DNA of 64,000 nucleotides from Macrostomum hystrix (lineage: Eukaryota > Animalia > Platyhelminthes), in NCBI GenBank assembly GCA_950097015.1, contig CATNEN010000001.1, positions 2,356,001-2,420,000 of the forward strand, given 5' to 3'. The notes under the pieces are model-generated. The model was not told the DNA's origin and did not search any database. It saw nothing but the letters and a program-made list of their open reading frames with translations. Positions 39,963 to 52,414 of this stretch are shown in pieces (positions within the stretch are counted from its first letter, which is position 1; each line of letters begins with the position of its first letter). The position numbers and the translations under genes were made by a program.

Positions 39963-42900
39963 TTACGGATTAACAAAGGTGACAAAGATATAACGCACAC
40001 CTTTAGTGACTTCCAGTCCCTCGTGCAGGTGAGTGATCCTGCCGGGATGCACGAAAGCCCAGCCGACGCGGGGCGACAGCACCGAGCAATTGTACCTGGG
40101 GAATCGGCAGCCGCCGCCTTCGAAGTCGACGCCGACCTGGTTTAGCGCCAAGTTGACAGTGTAGTCCGAGGCGTCGTGATGCGGCCGCAAGTCCTTCTGC
40201 TCCTCCGGATGATAGCGGACCACAAAATTCATGCGGGCCCATGGCTTATCATTGTAGCCTTGGAATAGTTTCACCTGCAGCGGGTGCACGTATTTAACTA
40301 GGAAGTGAAGCCACTGCGGCTCGAAGCCGACCTGTCGCATGTGGATATCGCGAGTTGGCACATTTTCGTAGCCGCCCTCTAGGCGCGGATCGGTATTAGT
40401 ACCGTCCGACCATCTGCGGGTGGAAGATGCGGCTAGTTTGGAATTGGTCATGCGCGCATCACTCTACTGATAGTAGGATCTGTAGAAAAAGTAAGCATTT
40501 TTATATAATTTCTAACGGTGCAAGTAAAGATGTTATTTATGTATTTATTCTCTACTTCAGCTTTTGTTGAATATATTATGTATATACTGAATATATACTA
40601 AATAGATCGTTAACTGAAGGAATGGTGATGTAAAATTGCATTAATTAGAAAAAAACATTGTCTGATGGACCAGGCGTTCAGGATCGTCATTTTTGCTTCG
40701 AGGCGTTCAGGACTGTCTGTCTATGGCCTAACCTCGCTCATTTGGGATTAGACAATTATGCAGGATTATTCGTCGTATAAAATAGAACTGGAGCAGCTTA
40801 TTTAAAGCCAATTTCTAGTCAATCGTGCAGGATTGTCCTTGTCTATGGCCCAGATTGCGACATCAGGGTCATTCAGGCATATAATGATATTTTTCAATGG
40901 CTGAGTCGTGCGTCTATGGCAAAAACAAATAACTTTTGCCCCAATGACCCACCCTTCAGCCATTGAAAAATATCATTATACTCGTATGCCTGAATGACCC
41001 TGATGTCGCAATCTGGGCCATAGACAAGGACAAAGACAAAGAATAATTAACTAGCTGATATGAAATCACGTGGCCTAAAACAGCTGATATGAAATCACGT
41101 GGCCTAAAACAGCTGATATGAAATCACGTGGCCTAAAACAGCTGATATGAAATCACGTGGCCTAAAACAGCTGATATGAAATCACGTGACATAAAACAGC
41201 TGATATGAAATCACGTGACCCAAAAACAGCTGATATGAAATCACGTGACTCAAAAACAGCTGATATGAAATCACGTGACCAAAAAAACTGCTGATATGAA
41301 ATCACGTGACATAAAACAGCTGATATGAAATCACGTGACCCAAAAACAGCTGATATGAAATCACGTGACCCAAAAACAGCTGATATGAAATCACGTGACA
41401 TAAAACAGCTGATATGAAATCACGTGACCCAAAAACAGCTGATATGAAATCACGTGACCCAAAAACAGCTGATATGAAATCACGTGACCTAAAACAGCTA
41501 ATATAAATTCTCCATAAAATGTCCAGTTTAGCTGTCGCAGATTTCTGAACATCTTTAGAAACTTGGTTGAAATGATTCCGTAGTGGAAACCAGCAAAGAA
41601 AGCATTCCAAGCAAATTTAAGCATCATTTGGTTATTTTTATTATTTCAATTTCGATAATGAGATAACAGAAAACTCTGACAAACCTTCCGAAGGACTCCA
41701 TAAGGGCCACCAGATCTGAGCAGAATTTCGGCGAAACCAACGGCAGCCAGAACACATCCGGGCAGGGCTGCTCAAAATCTGCCAGCTGAGCGTCCTCTGC
41801 AGCGAAGCGCCAATAATCACTGCTGATATATTTCAGCTCCCAGTCTAAAGGATTAGACCAGATCTCCCAAAGATCGTTGCTGGCGTGACTTGTTGTGGTG
41901 TTAGCATTGTCAGTCAGGTGACCAAATAGTTGAACATTGAGTACGTGCATGAATACGTAGTTAGAACGAGCGAGGGCTGCAAAATCCACGTCATAATCGA
42001 CGCCTTTGACGGCTAAACGGGTGGAATCGAAGGCGCCAGCTTTGAGTAGTATTCCGGCTGCCCACCTGGACACCAGATAAGCTGTGGACACGTAGGGCAC
42101 ATTCCACAGGCCGCGACGGGCATCGCTAACGATGTCCAAGTAGTCGTCGGATCTGCGTCAAGTTTGGAGAGATGGCGAGTAGGCCTTGAAATCCGAACCA
42201 GATTGTATCAGAATGGCAACCAGAATCCCATTGGTCTATGAAATTCCAATCACATTCTGTCAAATCAGTTCGTTGAAATAATCCCAACCAGATTCCCTGG
42301 ATCGTTAAAAATCCCCAACCAGATTCCTCACATCGTTTAAAATCCCAAGTAGATTCCTCAAATCGTTTGAATTCTAAGTAGATTCCTCAAATCGTTTAAA
42401 ATCCCAAGTACATTCCTCAAATCGTTTAAAATCCCAAGTAGATTCCTCAAATCGTTCGAATTCCAAGTAGATTCCTCAAATCGTTTAAAATCCCAAGTAG
42501 ATTCTTTAAATCGCTAAAAATCCCAACCACACTCCCTCAGATCATTGAAATCCCAACCAGACTCCCTCAGATCATTGAAATCCCAACCAGACACCCTCAG
42601 ATAGTTGAAATCCCAACCAGACTCCCTCAGATAGTTGAAATCCCAACCAGACTCCCTCAGATAGTTGAAATCCCAACCAGACTCCCTCAGATAGTTGAAA
42701 TCCCAACCAGACTCCCTCAGATAGTTGAAATCCCAACCAGACTCCCTCAGATAGTTGAAATCCCAACCAGACTCCCTCAGATAGTTGAAATCCCAACCAG
42801 ACTCCCTCAGATAGTTGAAATCCCAACCAGACTCCCTCAGATAGTTGAAATCCCAACCAGACACCCTCAGATAGTTGAAATCCCAACCAGACTCCCTCAG

Positions 42901-45574
42901 ATAGTTGAAATCCCAACCAGACTCCCTCAGATAGTTGAAATCCCAACCAGACTCCCTCAGAAGATTGAAATCCCAACCAGACACCCTCAGATAGTTGAAA
43001 TCCCAACCAGACTCCCTCAGATAGTTGAAATCCCAACCAGACTCCCTCAGATAGTTGAAATCCCAACCAGACTCCCTCAGATGATTGAAATCCCAACCAG
43101 ACTCCCTCAGATAGTTGAAATCCCAACCAGACTCCCTCAGATAGTTGAAATCCCAACCAGACTCCCTCAGATAGTTGAAATCCCAACCAGACTCCCTCAG
43201 ATAGTTGAAATCCCAACCAGACTCCCTCAGATAGTTGAAATCCCAACCAGACTCCCTCAGATAGTTGAAATCCCAACCAGACACCTTCAGATAGTTGAAA
43301 TCCCAACTAGACTCCCTCAGATAGTTGAAATCCCAACCAGACTCCCTCAGATAGTTGAAATCCCAACCAGACTCCCTCAGATAGTTGAAATCCCAACCAG
43401 ACACCCTCAGATAGTTGAAATCCCAACCAGACTCCATGGGATTCTTACCTAGCGTAGTAGCCATCCGAGTTGATGGCACCCCAGAAATTAGACCAGAGCT
43501 TGCCTGGCAGCACCAGCAGTGGGGCAACCACAGACCGATTGGCAGCAACCAGTTGGGCGATGGCATCCCTGCCAGTTAGCTGAGCGGTGGGCTCAACAAA
43601 CATAATAAAATCTGAGTCGAATTCGTTACGCAACAATTGCTGACGAGCAGCCAGCGGCGAGAATGCCTCCAGATGTGAGGCATTGTTCAGAGCTAGACTG
43701 GCATAATCTAGCTTCGGATTATCGACAAATTCCCTGACAGCCATATGCAGATTAGGCGAAGAGGCAGCCGGTCCGATATCGATTTTCAGATGAATTCTCT
43801 GCTGAGGATAGGTCTGATTGGCCAGCCTACTGAGCAGCAGGTCAGGAAACGGTGTAGCCTCAGTTAGCAAAACGCCAATAGTTACAAATGGCAGTTGGCG
43901 TTGCTGTTCAATGAGCTGGGCTCTAGTTGGCGGAGGCACTGGTGGACAACGCTGACAGCCTTGACTATCCGACCAGCCGCGATTCAGATAATTAGTCAGG
44001 CGCCAGAATTCGGCTTTGATTGGCCCGTTGCCATGGAGAACAGCCGGATTCTTGCCCGTGACAGTGTTGCGCAGGTAGCCCAGACCGGCGTCGTCCCAAC
44101 GAAGCGACACCTCGGACAATGCGCCGTTGAGCGTCTGGAAGACAGCGGATTCGTAATCCAGAACGATTCGATGCTGGCTGCGTAGCTTCGGATTGAGGAA
44201 GGCGCGAGTTAAAAATAGTTGATCGTCGTCTGAGTCGCCAATCGGAGCATAGTTTAGTAGGCGTCTGGGTGAAGGCGTGCGAGAGATTATTGGGTGATTC
44301 TTGTGTTTAAAAATACACTTGTCATATTAAGGCCTTAAAACTACTGTCACGTGACCAAAAACATGTGAAACTTATCGATGTGATCCGAAAACAGATGATT
44401 TGAAGTCACGAGACCCAAAACAGCTGATATGAAGTCACGTGATCTAAAAACAGCTGACAAACTCACGCGACCTAAAAACGGCTGATATGTGGTCACGTGT
44501 TATAAAACAGCTGGTATGAAGTCACGTGATCTAAAAACAGCTGACAAACTCACGCGACCTAAAAACGGCTGATATGTGGTCACGTGATATAAAAAAGCTG
44601 GTATGAAGTCACGTGATCTAAAAACAGCTGACAAACTCACGCGACCTAAAAACGGCTGATATGTGGTCACGTGTTATAAAACAGCTGGTATGAAGTCACG
44701 TGATCTAAAAACAGCTGACAAACTCACGCGACCTAAAAACGGCTGATATGTGGTCACGTGATATAAAACAGCTGGTATGAAGTCACGTGATCTAAAAACA
44801 GCTGATATGAAACTCTACGTAACTAATAAACAGCTGGTATGAAGACACGTGATCTAAAAACAGCTGATATGAAGTCACGTGATCTAAAAACAGCTGGTAT
44901 GGAGTCACGTGATCTAAAAACAGCTGATATGAAGTCACGCGATCTAAAAACAGCTGATATGAAGTCACGTGATCTAAAAACAGCTGATATGAAGTCACGT
45001 GATCAAAAAACGTCTGATATGTGGTCACGTGATCTAAAAGATCAGATAGAAATCACTTGGAATTAACTTACCTGAGCTCTCCTGCAGTGCCCATATAGCC
45101 ACCAGAATTTAGATAGGCCTTTCGCCCACTAATCGGCGGCTTAGGATAATCTTTCACCAGCGACTGATCCGGCCAGCAGAAGGCCTCCGCCGAGATCAAC
45201 ACCCCGGCGCCGCTGGCGTTGAATGCGTCGACGATGGCCGATTCGCCGGCTAGGAAAACGGCATCGTAGGCGTCGCTAAACAGCACCAAATCATCGTCTG
45301 GCACGTCGGCTAGGGCCCGACGCATCAATAGAATTTTCTGACCGCCGCCGACGCTTCTAGCGACGTCGCCGCCACGCCAGTCGATGCCGAGGCCAAGCGG
45401 CTGCGGCTTTGGTAGGCCGCGCAATTTAGCCGAGTAGAGAAACTCGTTTAGGGCGTCGTTGGCTTCTGTGGCAACCGTTAGTATGCGCAATTTCGATGAA
45501 GAAGCAGTTGGCGTTAATGAACAGATGGCTATGACCAGAGCCAGTAGTTGCATCAGCAGAAATTTTCCAGACAT
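39963..45574 (-). CDS. PLOD: Procollagen-lysine,2-oxoglutarate 5-dioxygenase (multifunctional LH3-like), 745 aa; exons 45574-45072, 44264-43449, 42152-41685, 40413-39963
   Basis: Signal peptide; glycosyltransferase domain [29 protein letters not shown]; KLWSNFWGA; dioxygenase [24 protein letters not shown]; phase-consistent joins (2238 nt). Confidence 0.95.
40833..41033. repeat. Long inverted repeat (~72-bp arms, ~51-nt spacer) in PLOD intron 3
   Basis: 40833-40904 is the reverse complement of 40956-41033 apart from one small bulge. Confidence 0.9.
41052..41500. repeat. 30-31-nt E-box minisatellite (AAAACAGCTGATATGAAATCACGTGAC..)n, PLOD intron 3
   Basis: Tandem units. Confidence 0.93.
42240..43437. 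repeat. 30-nt minisatellite (ATAGTTGAAATCCCAACCAGACTCCCTCAG)n, PLOD intron 2
   Basis: Homogeneous at 42515-43437, degenerate before that. Confidence 0.95.
44345..45040. repeat. E-box minisatellite with a trimeric higher-order block, PLOD intron 1
   Basis: Same family as 41052-41500. Confidence 0.9.
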
Positions 45575-45644
45575 TGTTGCATAAACTGAAAAAAATGATT
45601 TCTTGGTTCATATTTATAGGAGTTTACTCACCAAACAAATCTGT

Positions 45645-45980
45645 TATTGACCCACCCAACACACCAGTCATTGACTCATTGGCCTGTTATTGACCCACCC
45701 TACACATCTGTCATTGACCCACCCTACACACCTGTCATTGACCCATTGGCCTGTCATTGACCCACCCTACACACCTGTCATTGACCCACCCTACACACCT
45801 GCCATTGACCCACCCTAGACACCTGTCATTGACCCACCCTACACACCTGTCATTGACCCACCCTACACACCTGTCATTGACCCACCCTACACACCTGCCA
45901 TTGACCCACCCTACACACCTGTCATTGACCCACCCTACACACCTGTTATTAGCCCACCCTACACACCTGTTATTGACCTA
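45645..45980. repeat. 24-nt minisatellite (TCATTGACCCACCCTACACACCTG)n
   Basis: Tandem units just upstream of the PLOD start. Confidence 0.9.
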
Positions 45981-46371
45981 GATCATACACTGTATTTGAC
46001 AGAATAAGTTACAAAAATAGGCTACCAAAAATCAGGAGCTAGTATTAAGGCCAAAAGTTTTATTATTTAAATAAACCGGTGCTCTTAAAAGCACTTCAAA
46101 TAAATGTTGAAGCAATTGATTAACTTCAAAATCCACACAACAATACAAGAGATATTGACTGACGAAGCAGAAGAAAAACAACACTCAGTAGAATGTATTG
46201 ACGATGCATGCCAATTAAAAATACGAATAACTTGTAAAATAACATGCTGCTAAATGAGAAGTGATTATTACATAACCACTATTAAATTGCGAGGCACACA
46301 AACTCACAGTCTAAAACATGAAGTGCCTAAAGTCTGCCAATAAAAAACAATAGAAAAAATAACAAGTAGGT

Positions 46372-47461
46372 CAGGGGTCGGCAAACTCCGGCCCGCGGGC
46401 CAGATGCGGCCCTCGAAGCTCCCAAATCCGACCCGTTGCCCCTTCTGACATCTACAGTGTCCTGTTTCATCTCTTCCGTGTCTCATCTCTCCCGTGTCTA
46501 ATCTCTCCCGTGTCTCATCTCTCCCGTGTCTAATCTCTCCCGTGTCTTATCTCTCCCGTGTCTAATCTCTCCCGTGTCTAATCTCTCCCGTGTCTTATCT
46601 CTCCCGTGTCTAATCTCTCCCGTGTCTAATCTCTCCCGTGTCTAATCTCTCCTGTGTCTCATCTCTCCCGTGTCTAATCTCTCCTGTGTCTCATCGCTCT
46701 CGTGTCTCATCTCTTCCGTGTCTCATCTCTCTCGTGTCTCATCTCTCCCGTGTCTCATCGCTCTCGTGTCTCATCTCTTCCGTGTCTCATCTCTCCCATC
46801 TCTAATCTTTCCTGTGTCTCATCTCTTCCGTGTCTCATCCCTCCCGTGTCTCATCTCTCCCATGTCTCATCTCTCCCATGTCTCATCGCTCTCGTGTCTC
46901 ATCTCTTCCGTGTCTCATCTCTCTCGTGTCTCATCTCTCTCGTGTCTCATCTCTTCCGTGTCTCATCTCTCCCGTGTCTCATCGCTCTCGTGTCTCATCT
47001 CTCCCCTGTCTAATCTCTCCCGTGTCTAATCTCTCCCGTGTCTAATCTCTCCTGTGTCTCATCTCTCCTGTGTCTCATCGCTCTCGTGTCTCATCCCTCC
47101 CGTGTCTCATCTCTCCCATGTCTTATCTCTCCCGTGTTTCATCTCTCTTGTGTATCATCTTTCTGTGTCTCATCTCTTCCGTGTCTCATCTCTCCCGTGT
47201 CTCATCGCTCTCGTGTCTCATCTCTCCCCTGTCTAATCTCTCCCGTGTCTAATCTCTCCCGTGTCTAATCTCTCCTGTGTCTCATCTCTCCTGTGTCTCA
47301 TCGCTCTCGTGTCTCATCCCTCCCGTGTCTCATCTCTCCCATGTCTAATCTCTCCCGTGTCTCATCTCTCCCCTATCTCATATTTATACAGTCAATGCGG
47401 CCCGCTGTCGTCTTTTAGGTTCTCTCTTTGGCCCGCCAGCAAATAAGTTTGCCTACCCCTG
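46372..47461 (+). mobile_element. hAT-type MITE copy 3 (1090 bp) with an expanded internal 16-nt minisatellite
   Basis: Same TIRs as copy 2; TSD AAGTAGGT. Confidence 0.92.
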
Positions 47462-47674
47462 AAGTAGGTGAACAAAGAATGTTAATGAACTGGCATGCTT
47501 GATTTATTAGAAATTCAACATCAATGTTTATTGCCATGTCAAATTTACAAATATTGTCATGCCGATAAACAGACTATAGCACCTGATGCTTTGGGCCAGA
47601 ATAAAGGCATTAAATAAAACAATCATGATATAATATTATTAGTAGTGCTATATCCATCCGCATAAATTGTGTAT

Positions 47675-47840
47675 GATATGAAGTCACGAGACTTAAAACA
47701 GCTGATATGAAGTCACGTGACCTACAAACAGCTGATATGAAGTCACGTGACCTACAAACAGCTGATATGAAGTCACGTGACCTACAAACAGCTGAAATGA
47801 AGTCACGTGACCTATAAACAGCTGGTATGAAGTCACGTGT
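47675..47840. repeat. E-box minisatellite, third array
   Basis: AAACAGCTGATATGAAGTCACGTGACCTAC units. Confidence 0.88.
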
Positions 47841-48397
47841 GAAGTATGAAGAAGCTGGTATTAGAGAAATGCACTAATTCGTAACGACCGCTCTGACAGA
47901 GCAGAAAAATGAACCCGCTTAAAAGTTTATGGCAAACGCGACGTTTAAAATTTGGAGCATGCGAAAAAAGTCCAGCTCAATTATTTTCACTGAAATCTAG
48001 TAAAAAACTAAAAAACTGAACTATACTACTAAAAAATTTTTCTTTCGCAGTAGCATGATTAGAGTATTTCACCAAAATCATAGAAAAAATTGTAAAAGAT
48101 GGTGCAAAACAGTAAAAAGGTGAAGTCACTAAATTAAAGACGCATGCAGAGCGAGGCAAAAATGCCAAAAAGTGGAAAAAGAAAAACCTGTAAATTCGTC
48201 ATTTATAATAAACAGCAACTAAAATCAAAGCGTTGCATAAATTTCACTCTGTAAACGGTAAAGAAGACGTAAAATTGTCAATTAAACGTGCCTTTGAAAT
48301 GCCAATGTAAACAGGCGAGAACAGTTATAAAAATAGCTATAAATAAGCAATGGTTACATATTATTATTCATTTGGTTCATATTTTGTTAAATAGACA

Positions 48398-49525
48398 TTG
48401 GGCGGATAAGAGCGGAGTCTGTCTGTAATGGATTTTGATGGGGCGGATAAGAGCGGAGTCTGTCTTTAATGGGATTTTGATGGGGCGGATAAGAGCGGAG
48501 TCTGTCTTTAACTGGATTTTGAGGGGCGGATAAGAGCGGAGTCTGTCTGTAATGGGATTTTGATGGGGCGGATAAGAGCAGAGTCTGTCTTTAATGGATT
48601 TTGATGGGGCGGATAAGAGCAGAGTCTGTCTTTAATGGATTTTGATGGGGCGGATAAGAGCGGAGTCTGTCTTTAATGGGATTTTGATGGGGCGGATAAG
48701 AGCGGAGTCTGTCTTTAATGGGATTTTGATGGGGCGGATAAGAGCGGAGTCTGTCTGTAATGGATTTTGATGGGGCGGATAAGAGCGGAGTCTGTCTTTA
48801 ATGGGATTTTGATGGGGCGGATAAGAGCGGAGTCTGTCTGTAATGGATTTTGATGGGGCGGATGAGAGCGGAGTCTGTCTTTAATGGGATTTTGATGGGG
48901 CGGATAAGAGCGGAGTCTGTCTTTAATGGGATTTTGATGGGGCGGATAAGAGCGGAGTCTGTCTTTAAAGGGATTTTGATGGGGCGGATAAGAGCGGAGT
49001 CTGTCTTTAATGAGATTTTGAGTGGGCGGATAAGAGCGGAGTCTGTCTGTAATGAGATTTTGAGTGGGCGGATAAGAGCGGAGTCTGTCTTTAATGAGAT
49101 TTTGAGTGGGCGGATAAGAGCGGAGTCTGTCTGTAATGAGATTTTGAGTGGGCGGATAAGAGCGGAGTCTGTCTGTAATGAGATTTTGAGTGGGCGGATA
49201 AGAGCGGAGTCTGTCTGTAATGAGATTTTGAGTGGGCGGATAAGAGCGGAGTCTATCTGTAACTGGACTTTGAGGGGGCGGATAAGAGCGGAGTCTGTCT
49301 GTAATGAGATTTTGAGTGGGCGGATAAGAGCGGAGTCTGTCTTTAATGAGATTTTGAGTAGGCGGATAAGAGCGGAGTCTGTCTGTAATGAGATTTTGAG
49401 TGGGCGGATAAGAGCGGAGTCTGTCTGTAATGAGATTTTGAGTGGGCGGATAAGAGCGGAGTCTGTCTGTAACTGGACTTTGAGGGGGCGGATAAGAGCG
49501 GAGTCTGTTTGTAATGGATTTTGAT
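48398..49525. repeat. 38-39-nt minisatellite (GGGCGGATAAGAGCGGAGTCTGTCTGTAATGAGATTTTGAGT-type)
   Basis: Tandem units; explains ORFs 48798-49538. Confidence 0.95.
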
Positions 49526-49763
49526 GGGTAGGAAACATATATAATGTCCCGATCGGAATTTTCCGTCGCTAAAAAATAGTTCTGTAAAATCTAAATCAAA
49601 ACAAAAATCAAGGGACCGGAAGACGATGACTTACAAAAGCAAAATATAGAAGACTCAAAGCTTAAACTTTACGAAAATGTCGATTTTCAAATAAAAAGTC
49701 GATTTATTCTGTCGCGCTTTCTAAAGCGTTGACAGGTGTTTTTCTCGACACATTGCGACACAC

Positions 49764-50861
49764 TCAGTCATCAGTTCCGCCGCCAGAAGCACCAACGTTG
49801 CCGCCTCTATTACCAGCATCGATAGCGGCATCGATAACACTAATCAATCGATCTAGTTGGCCTATGCGATTAAAATGACTGTGCACCTCCGAGCGACGCA
49901 TCAATTCCAATCGCCGACGGGCCTCGCCTAATGGATCTACGGCGGAGTTTGACTGGCCACCGGTGGCAGCGGCGGCTACAAGATCACCGAGTTCGCCGCT
50001 AATGCCAACAGCCTCGCCGCCACCAAGAATAGAACATAATACAGCAAGAGAACTATCGCTAGTATTTGGATTTAGACTATGATGCTGCTGAGTTGGCAAA
50101 CTGGGAATCGACCGGTGACGACGAAGAGTAAACGAACCGGACGAAGAGAATGAACAGATTCGTTCGCGCGGCATCAGCCCCGACTGCGGCGGCGGCGGGG
50201 TCGGTGTCGGCGTCGGATGACGCTTAGCAACTGTTAAATCGAATGGTCCTTCACTATCAGTCTCATCCTGATGATAACTTGTAGCAGACAATGCCTGTTG
50301 TTGTTGATATGCAGGAAATTCAGTTAACGAAAGTCGTCTGTCACCATTAGTTTTGTTAAAGCTTCTATCAGTGACGCGATCATCGGTTGAACTAAAATCT
50401 GTACCAGCAAGAGCAGCATCTAGCTCAGCTACGGCGGCCATCAACTGAGGATTTCGACAGCCAATGCGGCTAGCGCCGGCTCCTCCGCCGCATTCCATAG
50501 CCAAGCGAAGATCGCGTTTCAAATTGCGCCATTTAGTGCTACAATGCGATCCCGTGAAATCGGCGCTACCATCCGGTTGGAGACTGTTCAATTTCTGCGC
50601 TATGATTGACCAGACCTGTTTTTGAACTCGACAAATACGCAGCGAGTCGCGATGCTCATAGATTAAGGCCAGCAAAGAATCAGTCTGACTAGCTGTCCAA
50701 TATTGCTTGCCGGCACTATTGCGAATATTGGTATTGTCTTCGTTGGTCTGACTGTTTGAAGTTGAAGAGGCTGATTTGGCCGCGTCTGAAGTCACACACT
50801 CGTTTGCCGCAGCTGCTGCTGCTGTTAAATTCAAATTTGTTGACTGCGATGGAAATGCCAT
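49764..50861 (-). CDS. Myb/SANT-like (trihelix/MSANTD-type) DNA-binding protein, 365 aa, single coding exon
   Basis: WTASQTDSLLALI..VWSIIAQKL..FTGSHCSTKWRNLKR three-Trp signature, followed by a low-complexity region and a C-terminal helical segment. Confidence 0.8.
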   Translation of the reverse strand: MAFPSQSTNLNLTAAAAAANECVTSDAAKSASSTSNSQTNEDNTNIRNSAGKQYWTASQTDSLLALIYEHRDSLRICRVQKQVWSIIAQKLNSLQPDGSADFTGSHCSTKWRNLKRDLRLAMECGGGAGASRIGCRNPQLMAAVAELDAALAGTDFSSTDDRVTDRSFNKTNGDRRLSLTEFPAYQQQQALSATSYHQDETDSEGPFDLTVAKRHPTPTPTPPPPQSGLMPRERICSFSSSGSFTLRRHRSIPSLPTQQHHSLNPNTSDSSLAVLCSILGGGEAVGISGELGDLVAAAATGGQSNSAVDPLGEARRRLELMRRSEVHSHFNRIGQLDRLISVIDAAIDAGNRGGNVGASGGGTDD

Positions 50862-50957
50862 TTGTGAAGTCTTTTTGCAAATCCAGCTGAAATTAAGAAT
50901 TTAATTTTATGATTTTTGGTTACCTAATCTAGATAGCTGTATATATCTAAATCATAT

Positions 50958-51545
50958 CTCTATCTATCTATTTGCAGGGGGGCCCGGGGCACTTGTCGCA
51001 CAAGCGACGGAGCGGCACGCCACCAGAACGGCGAACTAGGCGAGAGCCGTCCATCGCACCGCCTCCCCTGAGCAGGCACCACACACAGCAGCACAGACCA
51101 GCCGGGGAGGACAGGAGGCACCCAGAATAGGCAGCAGTGCCCCCCACCCCAGCCACACACGCACATAGCAGACCAAGCCGGGGCGGAAGGCTGATAAGAA
51201 ATCAGTCCTCAGGGTCCGGGTGATGAGTGTACACTTATCCAATCACGCTGACGGAAATCCAGAAAGCGCGCGGCGGTGTACACCCGCCCTCCAGCCACCC
51301 CCCGCAAGGCCTCACGCCCTAGCGCCAACGCACACAACTCACACAACGCAGAACAGGCACACAGAAGGTAGGAGCGAAGCTATTATTTCAAGCTTTGATT
51401 GCACGAAATATGGTGCACCTCCGCCGGTCGCTACTGTCCAAACCCTCCAACAAGTCCCGAAATTAATCGTGACTTGAAGGGAGAATCGAACTAGCGTCCA
51501 TTGGAGTGCGAGGCAGCGACGCTAGCCGCTGACCCACTCGCCCCT
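50958..51545 (-). mobile_element. Probable tRNA-derived SINE (family C), ~590 bp with an (ATAG)n tail
   Basis: Minus-strand head GGGGCGAGTGGGTCAGCGGCTAGCG..AGTTCGATTCTCCC (A/B boxes), GC-rich body sharply bounded by AT-rich DNA, simple-repeat tail. Only one copy in the window. Confidence 0.55.
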
Positions 51546-52023
51546 TTAGCTGTATATAAATCTGTGCTTTCTTTTTTTAGTTTCAATCTAGTTGCTTACG
51601 AGAAAACAAACAATAAACACACACAATTGAAGCCAAACTTTATAAAAGAAAACAATGTTTGCATCCAATAAAATAACAACCAATCATTGTTTATTAAAAC
51701 ACACAAAATGCTTAGTTCTTTAAGCTATTCAAGCAGTTATGATACGCGTATTATATGCAAAACATGATTTTTATCAAGCTAACAGTCACCGAAAGATATT
51801 TGAATACACTGCTTGATCAATCTTACATCACTCATAAATTATTAGTAAATAAAAAACGTTTTGTTAATAGAATAATGAAGTGATGTATTACGAAACTTGT
51901 TCGTTCATTCTTCTACTTTTTTCGATACATATCGGCTGCGAATAAATTAATATCCACTTATTTCAAGATTCTGAAATGTTTCGATGCATATTGAATAATC
52001 TAGTTAAATAGCTTGCATGAAGC

Positions 52024-52260
52024 TTGTAGCCTATTCGTTAGGGCTTCGGAATTTAGACTTCACTGGTCGGGAGTTCGATTCCTTCCTCAAGGAAGCAAGG
52101 GTTTGCCGAAGAATAGGGTAGAACTTTAGGCGAGTGTGGCGACCTTTTAAGTCCATGGACAGGACAGCTGAACGCAGCATTAATTCAGAAGCGATGCGCA
52201 ATAGCATTAATTGTACTAGGCTTTAGGTGTTATACTATACTGCTTTTATTTATTATCATA
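52024..52260 (+). mobile_element. Degenerate SINE related to family A
   Basis: TTGTAGCCTATTCGTTAGGGC..GGTCGGGAGTTCGATTCC head; AGTCCATGGAA/AGTCCATGGAC-type segment shared with ~25985. Confidence 0.6.
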
Positions 52261-52414
52261 GTCTCGAGCCAAGCTTCGACTTTTTCGATACATATCGGCC
52301 CATATCAAGATTTCACAATAATTTAAGAGGCACTAAGGCAAATATCGACAAAAAAGAATTGCTTAAACCTGCAGCAAAATGCGAGCCAAGACTAAACTAC
52401 AAAGGAAAAATAGA

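Noticed and set aside
39963-45574. All three PLOD introns split AG|A arginine codons
   Set aside because: Consistent with the ordinary exon-end AG preference; three cases are not informative
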